This document shows, one piece after another, positions 25,801-40,700 of a DNA stretch of 64,000 nt. The stretch covers positions 3,030,707-3,094,706 of the forward strand of contig NW_003526943.1 of NCBI RefSeq assembly GCF_000181795.1, written 5' to 3'. Position 1 is the stretch's first letter, and the number at the start of each line of letters is the position of its first letter. The position numbers were made by a program, and so were the translations under genes. The notes beneath the pieces are model-generated. The model made no database searches and was not told where the DNA came from. It saw nothing but the letters and a program-made list of their open reading frames with translations. This DNA is from Trichinella spiralis (Eukaryota).

Positions 25801-28127
25801 GCATATTTCCCAACAAGGAGAATCTGAATAAAAATGTAAAATTAAAATTAAAAATCAACAACACAGCACAAAAAACACTAACGCCGTCGTAAAAACTTTT
25901 CAAATAAAGTTTATCTTTAATAGCAACCAACGTTGCAATGTCGTTTTGACTTTGCACTTTCGCCTGGTCGCAGGCTGTTGGTGCGGACAACTTTCCAAAT
26001 TCAGGAACATCAATAATTGGTACCTGAAGAAAAAAAAGCATTAAATTTAAGTATAAAACAAAAATTCACATGCAATTTACCGGATTAAATGGCAACACCA
26101 TCTCGTCAACAATGCCAAACTTTTCCCGCAAAAGCTAAGATAGCAAGATTTCATAAATTCTTTTTTCATTCAAAAATGAACAAATTCACCAAATAGTTGT
26201 TTTAATATTTTTCAACTCAAAAAAAGGTTGCTCTGTTTAAATTTTGTAAATCATACAAAACGTGTTGAATGTAGTAATTTCAATAACAAGCAAATTTACC
26301 AAGAAATACAATGAAGCAAACAGAGCATATAAATTTTACCTTTTTATTTTTCAAATCTTGCAAAGCTGCATAATCATCCGGTGAATCTGAAGGCACGCTG
26401 GTCACTACACCAGTTCCCTTGTCGCTTTTCACAGTCATCATTGGTAAAATGTAAACAGATTCATAAACCGTCAGTGGTGCTTTAACACGACAACCGACAA
26501 TTTCCTACGACAGTACATATATTACGTAAGTAGGTAAAAATAAAATCTGAAAAAGAAAAAAAATGATCCAATTTACTTTTCCAAAAAATTCTGCCAAAAC
26601 ATTCACCTGCCCCTCTTGGACAGTGAATCCTTGGTATGCCATATTGCGAGCAGCTCTTCGTGTACAAACAAACACATCCTGATCATTATTCACCGTGAAG
26701 GCAACATATCTTCAATTAAATTAAAATTATCTGATTAATATTCTGAATAAGATGTAGAACAAATCGTTACTTAATATCCGGACCAACCCAACAATTCGTC
26801 TGTCCATACATTGTTTCGGGTCTGAGAGTGGCGGCCACTAAATAAACGCGCTTTCCTTTGCATATAGTTCTAAACATTTCAAAAATAAACCAAAAAAGGT
26901 AATTTAAATTGAAAAAAATAGCGTTCACTGAATCGCTTTTGGATAAGGTTCGAGCAGATGCAACTTGATCAATGTGTACTCTTGAGGACCCACGCCCTGT
27001 AAAAATACCATCGAAGAATCAATATCGGAATTTTCCCGCTTTGAACGCAGCTTACTTCACCAGAACTGCGATCATGATCCATGCACGGTTGGCCATCTTT
27101 AGGACTGAAAACTGTGTACCTAAAAATAGCACTTTTTCAAACCAATCCAACACAGTAACAACATTTTCCAGCAAAAACCTTTTGCCAAAATCAATTCTTT
27201 TTCGTTCTTTCAATTTCAAAAATTGCCAACGTACAAACGAATCAAAATATGGATTCACATCCGTAGTGATAAATGTTCGACGCCAGTCAATCTGAAATGA
27301 AAAAAATTTTTAAATAAATAAAACAAACAAACATCGTCAACAATAAAATGCATACGCCCAAGCCCATCTTTTTCAAATGTTCTACTGTAACTGGGGGAAA
27401 AAATTGAATCCAATAAAGACTGTCACTGAACTTTGCAATTTCGTCATCTTGAAAGCCTAAACTTTTCATTATAGACCACTGGTATTTCAAAGCACCGGAT
27501 TTGGCAACAGCTTTGCTCTACAATTTAAAACAACAACGTAATAATAAGAATGTACAAAATAGGCAATGGAAAAAACCTTTTTTCCTTTGGCTTTATCTTT
27601 TATCGTTGATTCAGAATTTGTCTCTGGCAACAAGCTTTGGTCAGGAAGAAGTTCTGAATCGGGAGGAAAGTTCGGAGGCAAACCGAACTCTTCGATTTCA
27701 GCTTTCAACTTGTCAGCGCTCGCTTTAATTGGCATGCCGGTACAATGCAAACCAAATGGAAAAAGAGCATTTTTTCCTCGCAAACGTTGGTATCTCACAG
27801 CAAACTGCAATCAATTATACATCGAATAAACAAGATGGAGTTCATTTTCCAGCTTTAATTAACTTATTACTTCACATTTCGTCAGTGAAAATGCATGGCC
27901 CAAGTGCAAAAAGCCATTCATATAAGGAAAGGGAAATGTAGCGATAAATTTTGCTTTGCTGAAATTTATCATTTGAAAACATAACAAGGACGTTTGAAAA
28001 ATCAAATTTAATACTCAAGTTCTTCAGGTGCGTCCATTTCGTAAATTTTTTCTTCTTCCCAAACTTTTTGAACATCTTTTTCCATTTTCAACAATTCAGC
28101 TACTTTTGTTCGTCCTCGAGTGTCCAT
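22844..28127 (-). CDS. LARS1: Cytoplasmic leucyl-tRNA synthetase (multi-exon)
   Basis: [12 protein letters not shown] (HIGH motif), [57 protein letters not shown] (KMSKS motif). Confidence 0.97.
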
Positions 28128-29428
28128 TTTATATTAATCAATGTTCCAATAACAAGGAAAATATCTTCAATTATAAAAATAAGATAAAACAAGATGAATG
28201 CTAAATTTCATTTTGTTTTCTCTGAATATGAATCAGTTAAAAATTTATCAAACTACAAATACAAGTAAATAACAAATGTATCAAATTGAAATCAAAATTC
28301 ATTTCAGCAAAAAATACATGTACAAAAATAAAAAAAAAATTTTTACAAAAATAAATCAAGTCATATTTTTGAAACATAATAAAATGATTCGATGAGAAAT
28401 GGAAAGATTACATACAGTAGAAATTTATTTCTACACCAACAACAGTTCAACGTTGACGAAACACTAATTAACAGTATTTTTGATTATCAAGATGAAATTC
28501 TTGAATATGGTAAAACAATCAAATTATGATTTGAAACAAGCAATTGTTTGATTTGTTTCTATTTTTATTTATTATAATTAATGTATTATATTTGATATCA
28601 ATGACACATGAGCAAATTCGTATTGTGTACATAAATTCAACTTTCTATGCATAATTTAACATTAAAAAAAGTCAAGCAACATTCAAACAATGCGTTGAAT
28701 ATGTTTAATCATCTTTTTACATGTTTTGTAAATTTCAGAGATTAATCAGTTAAAAATGAATTGAATTGATCGTCATGCTGATGTAAAAAATTGTTTGCTT
28801 TTATTCCAAAAAGCAGAGTAAAGTGAGAATTTTTTTTCTTATTTATTGTTAATTTTTTTTAAGTTTTGAATTTCAGTGTAAATCAATGAATATGATGATT
28901 GTTGTTAGTGTTGATGATGTTCAAAGTTTGTCATTAAAAGACGTCAGAACGAGTGTGTGGGAGAGAAAAAGAGAGAAGAAGCGAGAAAGCAAAAGCAAGA
29001 GAGGAAGAAAGAACCAATAAGAATTTGTTCTCTGAATTTAAATCAAATTCTCCGTCAGGTGACAGACAATATATAAATATAAATTTATAGATAAATATAT
29101 AAAATATGAAAGTTCATCAATAAGTGCAGTCCGCTGGTGTGGGACAGTTTAGTAAACACGCGTTGTTGTTGTTTTCGACGTTTCAAAAGCAGGCGCGTTG
29201 GAAAAGATTGCTTGCTTGCTTGCCAAGCGTGAGTTGTTTCTGGCGGTGCGCGTTTCCATTGCAACTCGACCCAGATAGACCATTAGCCGTTTAGCAAGCT
29301 AGCCGCAGTGCATTCCTTTCTTTCGCTTCCTACTGCTTTAGCATTAAATTAAATTAAATTTATTCACTTGTTTGTTTGTTTGTTTTTTATTTTATTTTTT
29401 GTTTGAATTGCTTGTGTTCATTTATTCC

Positions 29429-32400
29429 ATGCCAGTGACGACATCTGCGGACGAGTGCGACAGTATGGCGTTGAGGGATTGGTCTGGTAGAGGTGAACGC
29501 CATCTGCGGAAGCGTTATTCGAGAAGTTTCACAATGTCGCCTCCGGCTGGGGCAAAACCGTCGACTAGGGCGGTGGTGTTGGACGGCTCGGACGTAGGGG
29601 GCGTGGCTCTGGCTGGCAAACGTGGTTCATTGACGTCGGTAAACAAGAAGCCCGACTTGCCAGTTTGGGCCAGGATGCCGGCATTGAGAAAAACCAACTC
29701 GGTTCCCAGTTCGATTTGCAACGGTGAGGCTGGAACGATGCTGTTCAGTATCGGCTCGGCCAGCCGGAAGTCGTCCAGCCAGAGCGCTTCGAGCTGCTTT
29801 TCCAACTGTCTCACTCCGCCGGGCTTGGAACAGCCGAGCAGCGATGAGCCGGACTGGTCCACGCCCAGGGGTTCGTTCGCCGTCACCAACGACCACTCCC
29901 TTGACCACGATCACAACCGTGACCATGACGACGACCACGACAGGGACCGCGGCGAGGATCGGGACGCCGACGATGAGGATACCACTGGACTGTTGTCGCC
30001 TTCGACAACGAACACCGACATCAGCGAATTGCAAGCGGCCGCTGAGACGATTGAAGCGCTGAGCCGTCGCAACTGGCGACGCGTCAGCGACTTCACGTCC
30101 GCTTTGCCTCTGACGGAGATGAACCTGAGCCCAACGTCGACCGCGTTGGACCGCCACCGCGTGTCGCGTAGGTCCGGCATCACCACACATTTGGGCGGTC
30201 AACCCAGAGGCGTAATTCAGTTCTTGCCGTCGGTCCGGAAGTCTGATATCCTTTCCAGAAATGTCCACCAAGCTTACATGGTTGACAAGGTTCGTCGCCA
30301 GCGTCTCTGCTCAGACGGCAACTTGATTTCGATGCCCCAAATGGCAGATCAGCTCTGTCTCAGGGTGCCGCCCACGGCGGTTGGTGATTCGGATGTTAGC
30401 GATGCTCAGATGCGCCTCGGCGTTTTGTCTTCGAAGAACAGCTCGCCGAACAGTTGCCGTTCGTCGACGCCGAGAAGCGGTTACAACGGTCGTGGTTCCA
30501 GCAGGTATGTCGGCGCCGAAACCTCGCCTCGCAAGTCGTTGTCCACCACGGGTGCTGGTCGTCCACCGCCAGATATGCTGCTCACCAACGCCGACGACGA
30601 CCGCTTCAGCACGCTCGACACCCTCGATAGTGTCAATCGTTTCACCAGCTTGTTGAGGTCGTTGAGGTCGCCCAGTGCCGGAATCCCGGATGCCGATCGT
30701 TATCCCAGCTCAACCGCTGACTGCACGCTGTCGTCCTCGTCTGAACTGTCCGACATTACCGACTACAGCTACAGCAGTCCACCATCCGAAGGGATCCTCT
30801 CCGACAGTGATTCATCCTTTCTACAAGCCGACCTTCTCCTATGGCGGAGACGTTCCAAAGGTTCCATAAGAAAACACCAGGCGAGTACGCAACAACTGTG
30901 TCACTTCTGACAGCAACCGTCAACAGCAAAGCATTGCATCATTATTAATTGTTTGTTTATTTATTTATTTATTTATTTATTTGCATTTTAGGATACAAGA
31001 ACTCATATTGTGAAAGAATTATTAGAAACAGAAACTTCCTATGTGGAAAATTTGAAACTTCTGGTTCATGTAAGAATTCATGTTTTGTAAATTGTTCATC
31101 TGAGGCATTGATGCATTGTTTTATAAAAAAAAAGAAATAATTTCCAATTTAAATTATCCAGAAATATTTACGACCTTTGAAAAGACCAGAATTGTGCAGT
31201 TTGGTCGAATTGGGAACGTTGAATGAAATATTTTTTCAAGTTCCCGAAATGCTGGGCCATCACGAGCTGTTCTTAGCCGCGCTGAAATCAAGGCTCGATT
31301 TTTGGGATTGCAAACAAAAAATTGGTGACGTCGTGTTGAACAATGTAAAATTATGTTTTTTTTTAAAAATTTGATTGCAATTGTAATGCTGATATTGTTT
31401 TGTTAAATTATTGAATTTTTAGTTTACCAAGCAGTCGGTGATCGACACGTACACGGCGTTTATTAATAACTGGAAAAATGCTCGCGTCGCTATTCGCAAA
31501 GCTTGCATTGCTAAGCCTGCTTTTGCAAAGTATCTAGAAGTAATTAATTTTTTTAGTTTTGGTTGAAAAAGAATACAAATCTGCTTTTGTAATTTGTTTT
31601 TGTTTTTATTAATTATCACTTTCAGCTAATATTTATTGTTTTTGCATAATTATAATTTTGAAGATGAGATTTTCCAGGAAGAAGAAGTGAATTATTTCAT
31701 TCATGTAACCGATGTTTTCAATCTCAAATTTCTTTCTTCTTCAGAATTATTGACGTATAAGTTTAATAAAAAAGAAAAGTTTATCTTAATTTATTTATAA
31801 TTAACGTAATTTTTTCAATATTAATTTTGTGAATGGAAATATTTTCCAAATATAATTTCTTTTTTTTTCTTTACATATTTTTTCAATAATTGATGAACAT
31901 TGGTGACTTTTAACATTTTCTTCTGAAATGTTGAAATGTCATGAAAGAAAAGCTATTTTTTAAATGTTATATAATGATATTTTTTATTAAGAATTTTTGA
32001 TAATGGCTTTGTTAAAAGGATTTTGATATTGTTGTTGATAATTTTCATAAAGAGCGAGGATAGGGGGGAGGGGAGATTAGTCATAATTCAAAAATGAGAA
32101 AGAAATCTTTCCAACAACCGCGATGCTATTATGCTTTTTGAGCGCATGTGCGTGCTTTGAAGCTTTGACAGAGTAGTTTTCACATTGATCGATTTCAGCA
32201 CGGCTGTTATTTCTTCATTCACCTTTGTATAATGCTGGATGATTAATTTGTTTGAAAAAAGAGAAAGAAAATGAAAAATATTTGACATGCTTCGATTTGA
32301 AATTTCATAATTAAAATTGAATAAATAAAAAAAGGCAAAAGTTTAAAAAAAAATTACAAGCGTTGTTTTGTTTCAGCGTTGTTCGAGGGAGCATCAGAAC

Positions 32401-35400
32401 AAGCTCAATTTGGACGCATTGTTGATCATGCCTGTGCAGAGAATTCCTCGTTACGAACTTTTGATCAAAGTTGACTATTTAAATTTTCTCGATAAAATAA
32501 AGCATATGATGAATTATTATAATATTTCCTATTTTTTGAGGAACTAGTAAAGCATACATCAGTCGAACATCCTGATCACGCGCTTCTACTTCGAGCTGGC
32601 AAAGAGATACACGAATTAGCAAGTAAGATTGATCAAATTCAACAAGAAACTGGCTTCTCTGATCAAATGCAACAAAAATTACGCGAAATTGAAGCAATCG
32701 TCGAAGGCTTGGATGATGTATTATTTGTTTGTTTATATTTTTTGTTGTTTACTTATATTTAAATATGAATTGCTTTCGCACTTTTCAGCTAGTTTCTCCT
32801 GAAAGAACATTTTACCGTTGTGATCAGGTGTATGTAGAGGTAAAATTGAAATTTCTTTTCAACGGTCGGCTCATTTGAATATTTTCATCTTTCATTTGCA
32901 GACTCCGAGCGGCAAAAAGGACCGTTGTTTGTTCTTGTTCTCAGATTTGTTGCTCATCACGACGGTCACTTCGAAATCTGGCTCAAATTTAAGTAAATCA
33001 AGTCAACAGTAAGCATTGGATGTTTTTTCCCGTGCGTTTGCTTTAATACTTGCTTTTTCTTTCCATTTTGTAGAACTAGTCCGGGATTGTCGAGAAATTT
33101 TTTTGAAAAGCACAAATTTCGACTACTACTTAAATTGTCGTTGCAAGATTTGAGCATCGTGGACAGTACGCGCAGTTTGGAGAGTTTAAATTTGGAAATT
33201 TTATTTTCAGTTTAATATTTTTCAGATAAAAAGTTGCTCATCATGAAAGTGCGTGAAGATATTGCAAATCTGCAAGAGGATCTTCGGGTAGTTGGCAAAT
33301 TGGCCGAGTTGACACTGCTTCTTAAAATTGATCACAAGGTAAAAAAAAGTAGATTACAAATTTACACCCAACCCTCTCTATTGGGTATCTTTTAGGGAAT
33401 AAGCAAAGAGATTGAAAATTTGAGTGACTTCATCAAAGTTACGCTTGGTACAAAACATGAAGAACTGGCGAAAGATCCCAACTTAGCATCGCTTAATCTC
33501 ATGGTTACTACTGAGTAAATTATTGCTTTATAATGTCACTGTTAGAATTGTATTGCTTTTTAAGCATTTAACGAAGAAAAAATTTTTTCTAGATTTGGTA
33601 ACGAACCACTGTTGATGACGTTCAGAAATACAGAAAAGCGTTTGACGTGGGAAAGAAATTTCGAAGACGCGAAATACGCTTTTGGTACTTGTTTTGATTT
33701 CAATGACTATTTTTTAAAATTAATCTCTTATTGTATTAATTAATTAATTAATTAATTTTGTTGTTATATATTAAAAAAATTAACTTTTTTAAAGCATTAT
33801 CACAGTCTCAACGACAGCCTCCAGCATTTGTGAAATTCATCGCTGCAAATCGTACTCGTGCCGGCTTGCACGTAAATAATAAATAGCAAATATTTTAAAT
33901 TGATAAAATTCAATTGAAATTTGCATTTCAGTTCACTTGCGCTTCACCAGCTTGGCCACGAAACAGCGTTGGAACAAGTGACGTTTGGATGTGCTCCTCT
34001 GACCAGTGCAGTGGACAGTTGTGCGTTCTGAGCGCTAGTACTGATTTCGAAGTGATCAACATCAACTCGTTGTGCAATTCCAGAATATCTTGCATCTGTT
34101 GTATTCCAGGAAAGTAAGATCATTTTTACTTGTTGTAATAATTGTTTTTGTTAAAAATCATGTCAACAAATCCATTTTTCCCACGACGTTAGTGGTGGTC
34201 CCCGAAATGCAATTGTCGTCGGTGCCAAATCACGAAAGCTACCATCTCGTGGAATTTTAACCAATAATAACCATTTGACCATGCCGACAAATATTGATCT
34301 AGATAGGTAAATTTGATTCCTCTTATTAGCAAATTTGTTTTTTTTATAACTTAATTTTTAGTGACACCACCGATAATGAATCATCTACAGAAGAATCTAG
34401 AATAAGTGAAGTGGACAGAGTAGATGATAAATTGAGTCGAAGTACGTTTGCTCGTGTATATGTACTTTTATTTTTGAATATGATCTTAATCGGGCCCTTT
34501 TATCTACATGCAGATTACATGCTTTCCACTGTATCGCAAAAAATACCTCATCTTGATGCAGAAAATTGTGAATTTTTATTTACAACGTGGATTGGAACAG
34601 AAAATGGAATGTAAGAAAATTTTACAATTGAGAAGAAGCAGATGAAATTTTATTTGTGGATCATTTTTTAGTATTCAAATTTATGACAGAAATGAATCGA
34701 TGAGAACCGGAAAATGCAAATCAGAAATGCAACTCCAATCATCTATCCGTTGCATGCTGTTTGTGATATGCTTTTCTTTTTTAACATTATTATTACTATT
34801 ATTTTTATTTTTAGTTATCATGAAAATAAAATATTTGTTGCTTTGGGAGATGGAAGTGTTGGTCTTTATGATTGTGATGACGGTATGAAGAATTTCTTTC
34901 ATTCATTATTCCAGTCTTATTATTCTTCTTTGTACACGTTCAGAAAATCAGAAAAGCATGAAATTTCTGGAATTGGAAGAAAAATTCGCTCCAATTTCAG
35001 CAATGGTCATAGCTGTTAACAAACTTTGGTGTGGGTCCAGAAATCACATTCTAGTTATTAATTTGAGCACATTCAAAATTGAAGTAATTCGCTTTTATTG
35101 TTTTAAATAATTTATAACATTTTTGCTCTTTTTCAGTGTTTGTTTGCAGTAAACAACGATCGTGAAAGTACAATAGAATGTCTTGCTTCTTCTGCACTGG
35201 CTGTCTGGTTGAGTATGTACAACAGTGCTGTGGTGAAGCTTTATCATGCTCATAAGCGCGAATGTTTAATTGAAATTAACGTCGCTCCAACTGTAACAAA
35301 AACTCTGGCTGGTAAGAAGAATTAACTTATCTCATTATTATTATTATTATAACTTGACAAAAAATGATTTTATTTATTTATTTTTTAAAAAATATTTGAA

Positions 35401-36156
35401 GTTTAAGTTTCGTTTATATGAGTTTCTTTTGCATTTCTCCTTTTTTTTGCTATATGTGATGATTTCAGGATGTGATGATATTATACGACAACATAAACTT
35501 GCTTGCCTTCGAGTAACATCTCTTTTGTGCTGCAAGGAGATGCTCTGGGTTGGCACTTCAGCTGGAGTGCTTTGTTACCTTCCAATTCCACAAGTTACAC
35601 ATCAGACTCTGAAAATCACTACCATTCCTGGAATATCAGGTAGACAAATACCAAAATATGCTGTACACTTTGATCAAATTATAACTTGATTTGAAATTGC
35701 AGGTACTAATATAGGTCATATGGGTCCTTGTCGATTTTTGGTCAGCCTTGAGGTGCCAGAGTACATTATGGACGAATTTGTTGCTGGAAAACGGGCAAAA
35801 CGCAACGATCTCAGTCGACGTAGAATGTCATTAAATGTAGCCAGTCTGCAGCAGAAAAACGTTAGTTAAATTTAAATTTGCATCCATTTGGGGAAAAATT
35901 GTATATTTCAAGTTGTTTTTCAATCTATTCTGCAAAATATTGTATCGTTTCTTTCTTTTGATTGACATTTCAGAAAAAGAGAAAAAAATAATAATGACGG
36001 AAACATTTTTTAATATACCGAAAATTCTCGTTTCAGGTATATGTTATTTCTGGTGGCGAAGGTTTGGAAGACTTTCAGGACAGTCCGAATGATGAAAATG
36101 ATGATACTTTTGGTTTAGAAGACAGCACAAACTATTTAATAATATGGAAAGCTTGA
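29429..36156 (+). CDS. ARHGEF17: Rho guanine nucleotide exchange factor 17-like (DH-PH plus C-terminal beta-propeller)
   Basis: DH motifs ELLETETSYVENL and LLIMPVQRIPRYELLIKEL; GCDDIIRQHKLACLRVTSLL; C-terminus GGEGLEDF..EDSTNYLIIWKA*. The first exon is a large Ser-rich, GC-rich block; the start codon is inferred. Confidence 0.88.
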
Positions 36157-36905
36157 TTCCACTCTTACGATGAAAATATGTCAATTATTTTGTTAAAATT
36201 TTGTTGACGTTGTATTAATAACGGAAATAAAATATTTATGAAACTATTTTCAGCAAATTATATAATAAAGTCATAAATGTTTAAGCGTCTGTGCACCATT
36301 TCTATATTTCTCTCAATAATAATAGTCAAAATCGTGTGGATTCTATAATTAACTATAAGTTAACAAAAACAAACTTCCTTTGTAGAATTTGCCGTTTGTA
36401 CATTATCTAGCTGGGGTTCGCGTTGTTCAACAACTGCAGTGACAACCATTATTCTCAACTAAGCCTAGCTAACATTCCACATAACTATATTTCTATAAGG
36501 TTCTCTAAATGTGAAGACACTTGAACACATTCATATAAAAACCCTTTGTTTGGTCAAGAACACAACTGTGTAACGAATTACGTACGCATGACGATTACTG
36601 ACGAAAACAACCTAAATGCATATATATTGTTGCTAAAGTTAGTACACGTATGCTGTACGTATTGAACATGCAGGTTCTTACCGTTGGTAGAAAATCTATA
36701 AGATCGTCTATTGGAAAATAAAATTAATCAATAAAGGACAATTAATGCCAATTCAATTCGTCTTCTTGCATCATGTCTTTGATTTCAAAATTTTTTAGGG
36801 GTTAATGCAATAACTAATCATAAAATGCAGAAAGTAAAAAATACTGTAATTTGTACTTATTTACTAATATAGTGTACTGTAATGTATTTTGGTTTTTGTT
36901 GTTGG

Positions 36906-37697
36906 ATGGATTCAAAGGATGCAGATTACGACGAAGAATTATTAAAGTAACGATTTTTATTGAATTTTTTAGCTATTTATATAATATTTAGTTTTTTTAT
37001 CAATACTTTTACTTTAAATGTTTTGTTGCATTAAGTTTTGATTTGTACGCTTTTTTTGAAGCTTTTTAGTTGAACAGGTTACTTTTCATGCACAGTATAT
37101 TTGTTTAAAATATATGAATATTTTCTTTTACTTAGAATTGTTTAATCTCCGAACAATATGTCAATAAAATTGCCAGTTGGTTTTGCTTTTGCATCTTATT
37201 TCAGCTTTGTATTGTTCGCAACGCTTCGACATTTGCTATTCTAGGAGGGCAAAAGATGCGTTGATTCTCGAAGCAAAACGAGCCAAAGAGCGTTCCAAAA
37301 CGATGGGTACTTTTGGCTGGTAAGAATAGTTTTTTTTGTACAATTATCCTTTAATTGCCTTAAAAAATAAACTGTTCCGAAGCAAGCATTAAATTGTTTA
37401 GTATAGAAATTTTTGAATCGCTGTTTGGATTAAAATTTTCTGAAAGTAATTATTTTAAAACTTTTTTTGAGGTTGCCACCGAAGCGGCTTAGTAAAGGAA
37501 GTCGTCGGATGTTGGGATTTACTTTGCGTAGTTGTCTCAGAGATCGCGAACGTGCCAGTCAGAGGGACAAATGTCGAGCCTCATCCTCTTGTAGTCTAAG
37601 AAAAGATGATAAGAAGCCAAAGACAACAATAAATAAGAACAAGGATGATGATAGAAAGTGCAGAATGAAATCACCCAAGAGAGCAATTAAAAAGTAA
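36906..37697 (+). CDS. Small basic protein resembling vertebrate POLR1D isoform 2; exons 36906-36946, 37245-37319, 37472-37697
   Basis: Spliced product MDSKDADYDEELLKRAKDALILEAKRAKERSKTMGTFGWLPPKRLSKGSRRMLGFTLRS... with matching exon phases; resembles (from memory) KAIEELLKEAKRGKTRAETMGPMGW. Confidence 0.72.
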
Positions 37698-37916
37698 TTG
37701 TTGCCATCTTGTTATACATATTGTTTTATTTTTGTCATGAAATTATCATATCAGATATATTATTGCTTTGTTTCGAAAAAAATAGTTTTTCAAAAATTGA
37801 ATTAAAATATGAAAGCAACAGTGCTCACTAAAATGTCACCTGAATTTGGAATTCTGAAGTAATAGCAGTCATAAAATTTAAGTATTCATTCTGGATTATT
37901 TAATTGTTGGTTATAA

Positions 37917-40700
37917 TCAGCCGTATGTCGCTTTCAGGTAATTTTCCAGATTTTTTATGAAGTTCACCATGAAAGAAACGAGCGAGCGTTGGACAAGGGA
38001 ACGGGGCAAATTTCCCTAAATTTTGAATGAACAATGTTATAATTATTAACGATATGGGTATACCTTCAAATTGGTATTGAAGAACCATTCGAAAAGTGTG
38101 CTGTTTTCGTCGATCGCAGTGAGGAAAGCGACGTTCGGACCGCTTTCACCTCTGAAAATTCCAACCATTATAATTTAGAAACGTTGAATTAATTATTTTA
38201 TTAAAAATACCGAATATGAGAAGTACCGTCCGCAACTGTTCCGTAAGGCACTGATATACTACCAATTGTTATGTAATCATCATCAAGTTCGACTGTTCGC
38301 ACATCAACAAATTCTCTGAAAAATATCTTTAGTATTTACTGTCTTTCACAAAAAATAACAACACTATAATAATAATCACCTGGAAGCGATGTATCCTCTG
38401 AGAGATGGAGCAGACAATGAATAGGTTATATCCACATTATCACTTAATTTGCATATAACCTGTTTTAAATGTTAAAAGCAATGTTTAATAAAAACAAAAA
38501 AAAAATGCAAAAAGCATAAAAACAAGAAGTGAATTTTACGGTGAGAAACCAGAAACTCATTATTTCAAAAAAATGTGTAAATTAAAATGAAAATTCTCAC
38601 CTTGTATTCAAGAACTTCCTTATGCCACATTGGACATGTTTCCGCCTGACTGTATAAAACCGAAAACAGCTGCTTCAGCTGAACCGGAAATATTTGCTGC
38701 AAAATTTTTATTATTTATTATAAAATATGAAATAAAAATAAGACACCAAAGCAAATTAGAAATTTTTTAACAATATTTATTTCCGTACTTTATTTGATAG
38801 CGATGATTATTAATTTCCATTTAATAAGTGCCTTTACATTGTGAATTAATTACAAAAAACATATTTTGCCCTGGTTTTTTTTCATCTTACTTTCACATAC
38901 AACACTTTTCCATAAAGTTGATCAACATGAGTAAGCAGCAAAGGGGAATGACCAACTTTCTTCCATGAACAAAGTTGACTCTTCCAATATTTTCCATGAT
39001 TTAGTGCACTTTGAGCTTTCTCGATATACTGAAGAAGAAACCCACGTTTAAATTATGTTAAAATAAATTCATCATTTTTTATCAATCATGAACAATCATA
39101 ACCTACCCATCCGGGACTTTCTAGCAAACCAGTGGTATCATCATAATTTGACTTTTGTAAAAAGCTTGCTCCATTATCACATTCATTATCTTCATAAAAA
39201 ATTAATAATAATAATACAACATTTATATTTGAATAACAAAATGAAAAAGAATGTACCAGTAGTTAATTCAGCAGCAGTGATATAAGCGGAAGCAGATTGT
39301 TCATGATGATAACTTTCAGGCATAGCTAAGAAAAAGAATTTTTTTAAACAACAACGTAATACATTATAAAGAAAAAATTATTTTTCAATAAGTATAAATA
39401 AGTTTGCTTCAACTGGTGAAAGTAACCTGAAAGGTTTTTCAAGAGATCATAACAAAAGAAATAGGTGAACGCCTCGTTTCTATTTTCATTTGTTCTAATA
39501 AAACTTAAAAACTAGATGTGATAATTGCCATAATTTTGTCTCTCAAAGCTGTATCTTGCATCATTCTTCACATTTTAATATACATTAATAATTAACACTA
39601 AAATTTTTTCTTTTTTTATCATATAAATATGTGTATAGTTATGGAGAAATTCTTTGAAAAAAACATATTTTGGTAGAAAAAGTTGAAATGAAGTGTCAAG
39701 CACATCGCATTCGGATAAACAGAAATACAGTACAAATGTGAATGATTTGTTTTATACCGTTCGATGTGCGACCTTCGGAATTGCATACAGAAATGACAGA
39801 TCGAGTTTTTCTGTCATACAAGTAAACTTCGACATAAGCAACAAGCAACGATGAAACGACAATAGCAACTTCTAATGGATAACCGGCATGCTGGAAAGAA
39901 AAATGTAAATTTATGTGGAATTTGTCGAACGTGGAAAATATTATTCATTCATTCATTCATTACCGTATCTGAAAAGTAGATGGCCGCTTTGGGTATGTCG
40001 TAAAGTGTTGTAACACCTGTGGAAACCTGAAATTTGGAGAAAAATATTCCAATTTTTGTTTCAGCAAATGGAACAGCATGAATTAAGTTAGAAGTTATAA
40101 AAAATGTTTAATGCTGATGAACAATTTCTATTCTATGTTTAAAGTTTAAAATTCATTTAATTTAGAATCAAAAGAACAAGAACAACATTATTATTATTAT
40201 TATTCTCACTGCAACAGGTATCCAATGATTCAACTTCAGACACGCATAACAAATAATCAGTGCGCCACAACGAAATGTGGAAAGAATCTAAAAGTAAAAT
40301 AAAGGAGAAAGCAAAACATGAAAACTGGAACATAAAATTGAAATAATTATGTGTTAAAATTGAAAAATTTTACCACCAAATCGAAAAGCGAATTGTAAAA
40401 GAAACGACTATTGGTGAAATTGATTTGTCGCATCAGCTCTTCGTTCCAATGAATCGATTTCGTCATCTGCAATAAATCATCACTTGAAAAATAATTCACC
40501 ACGCAGCTTAAATAAGCCACTACATTCAAAAAAACAAAAACAAACTCACAACAAAAAGTATCCAAAGGAGAAATATTAAGCAAAAATCAAAGCACGCGAA
40601 AATGATTAATCTTCTACGGTGTTTAGTCAACAAACCCGGGAAAGGCTTATCGATGAGCTCATAAGCAATGTAAGTTGACTCGGAGATAGCGTTGGTAGCC

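Noticed and set aside
29515..30869. Multiple overlapping ORFs in the large RhoGEF exon
   Set aside because: Expected in GC-rich sequence depleted of stop codons; no independent support
18350..37697. RPA43 and POLR1D-like genes as an RNA polymerase I cluster
   Set aside because: The POLR1D isoform-2 protein is not the polymerase subunit, and unrelated genes lie between them
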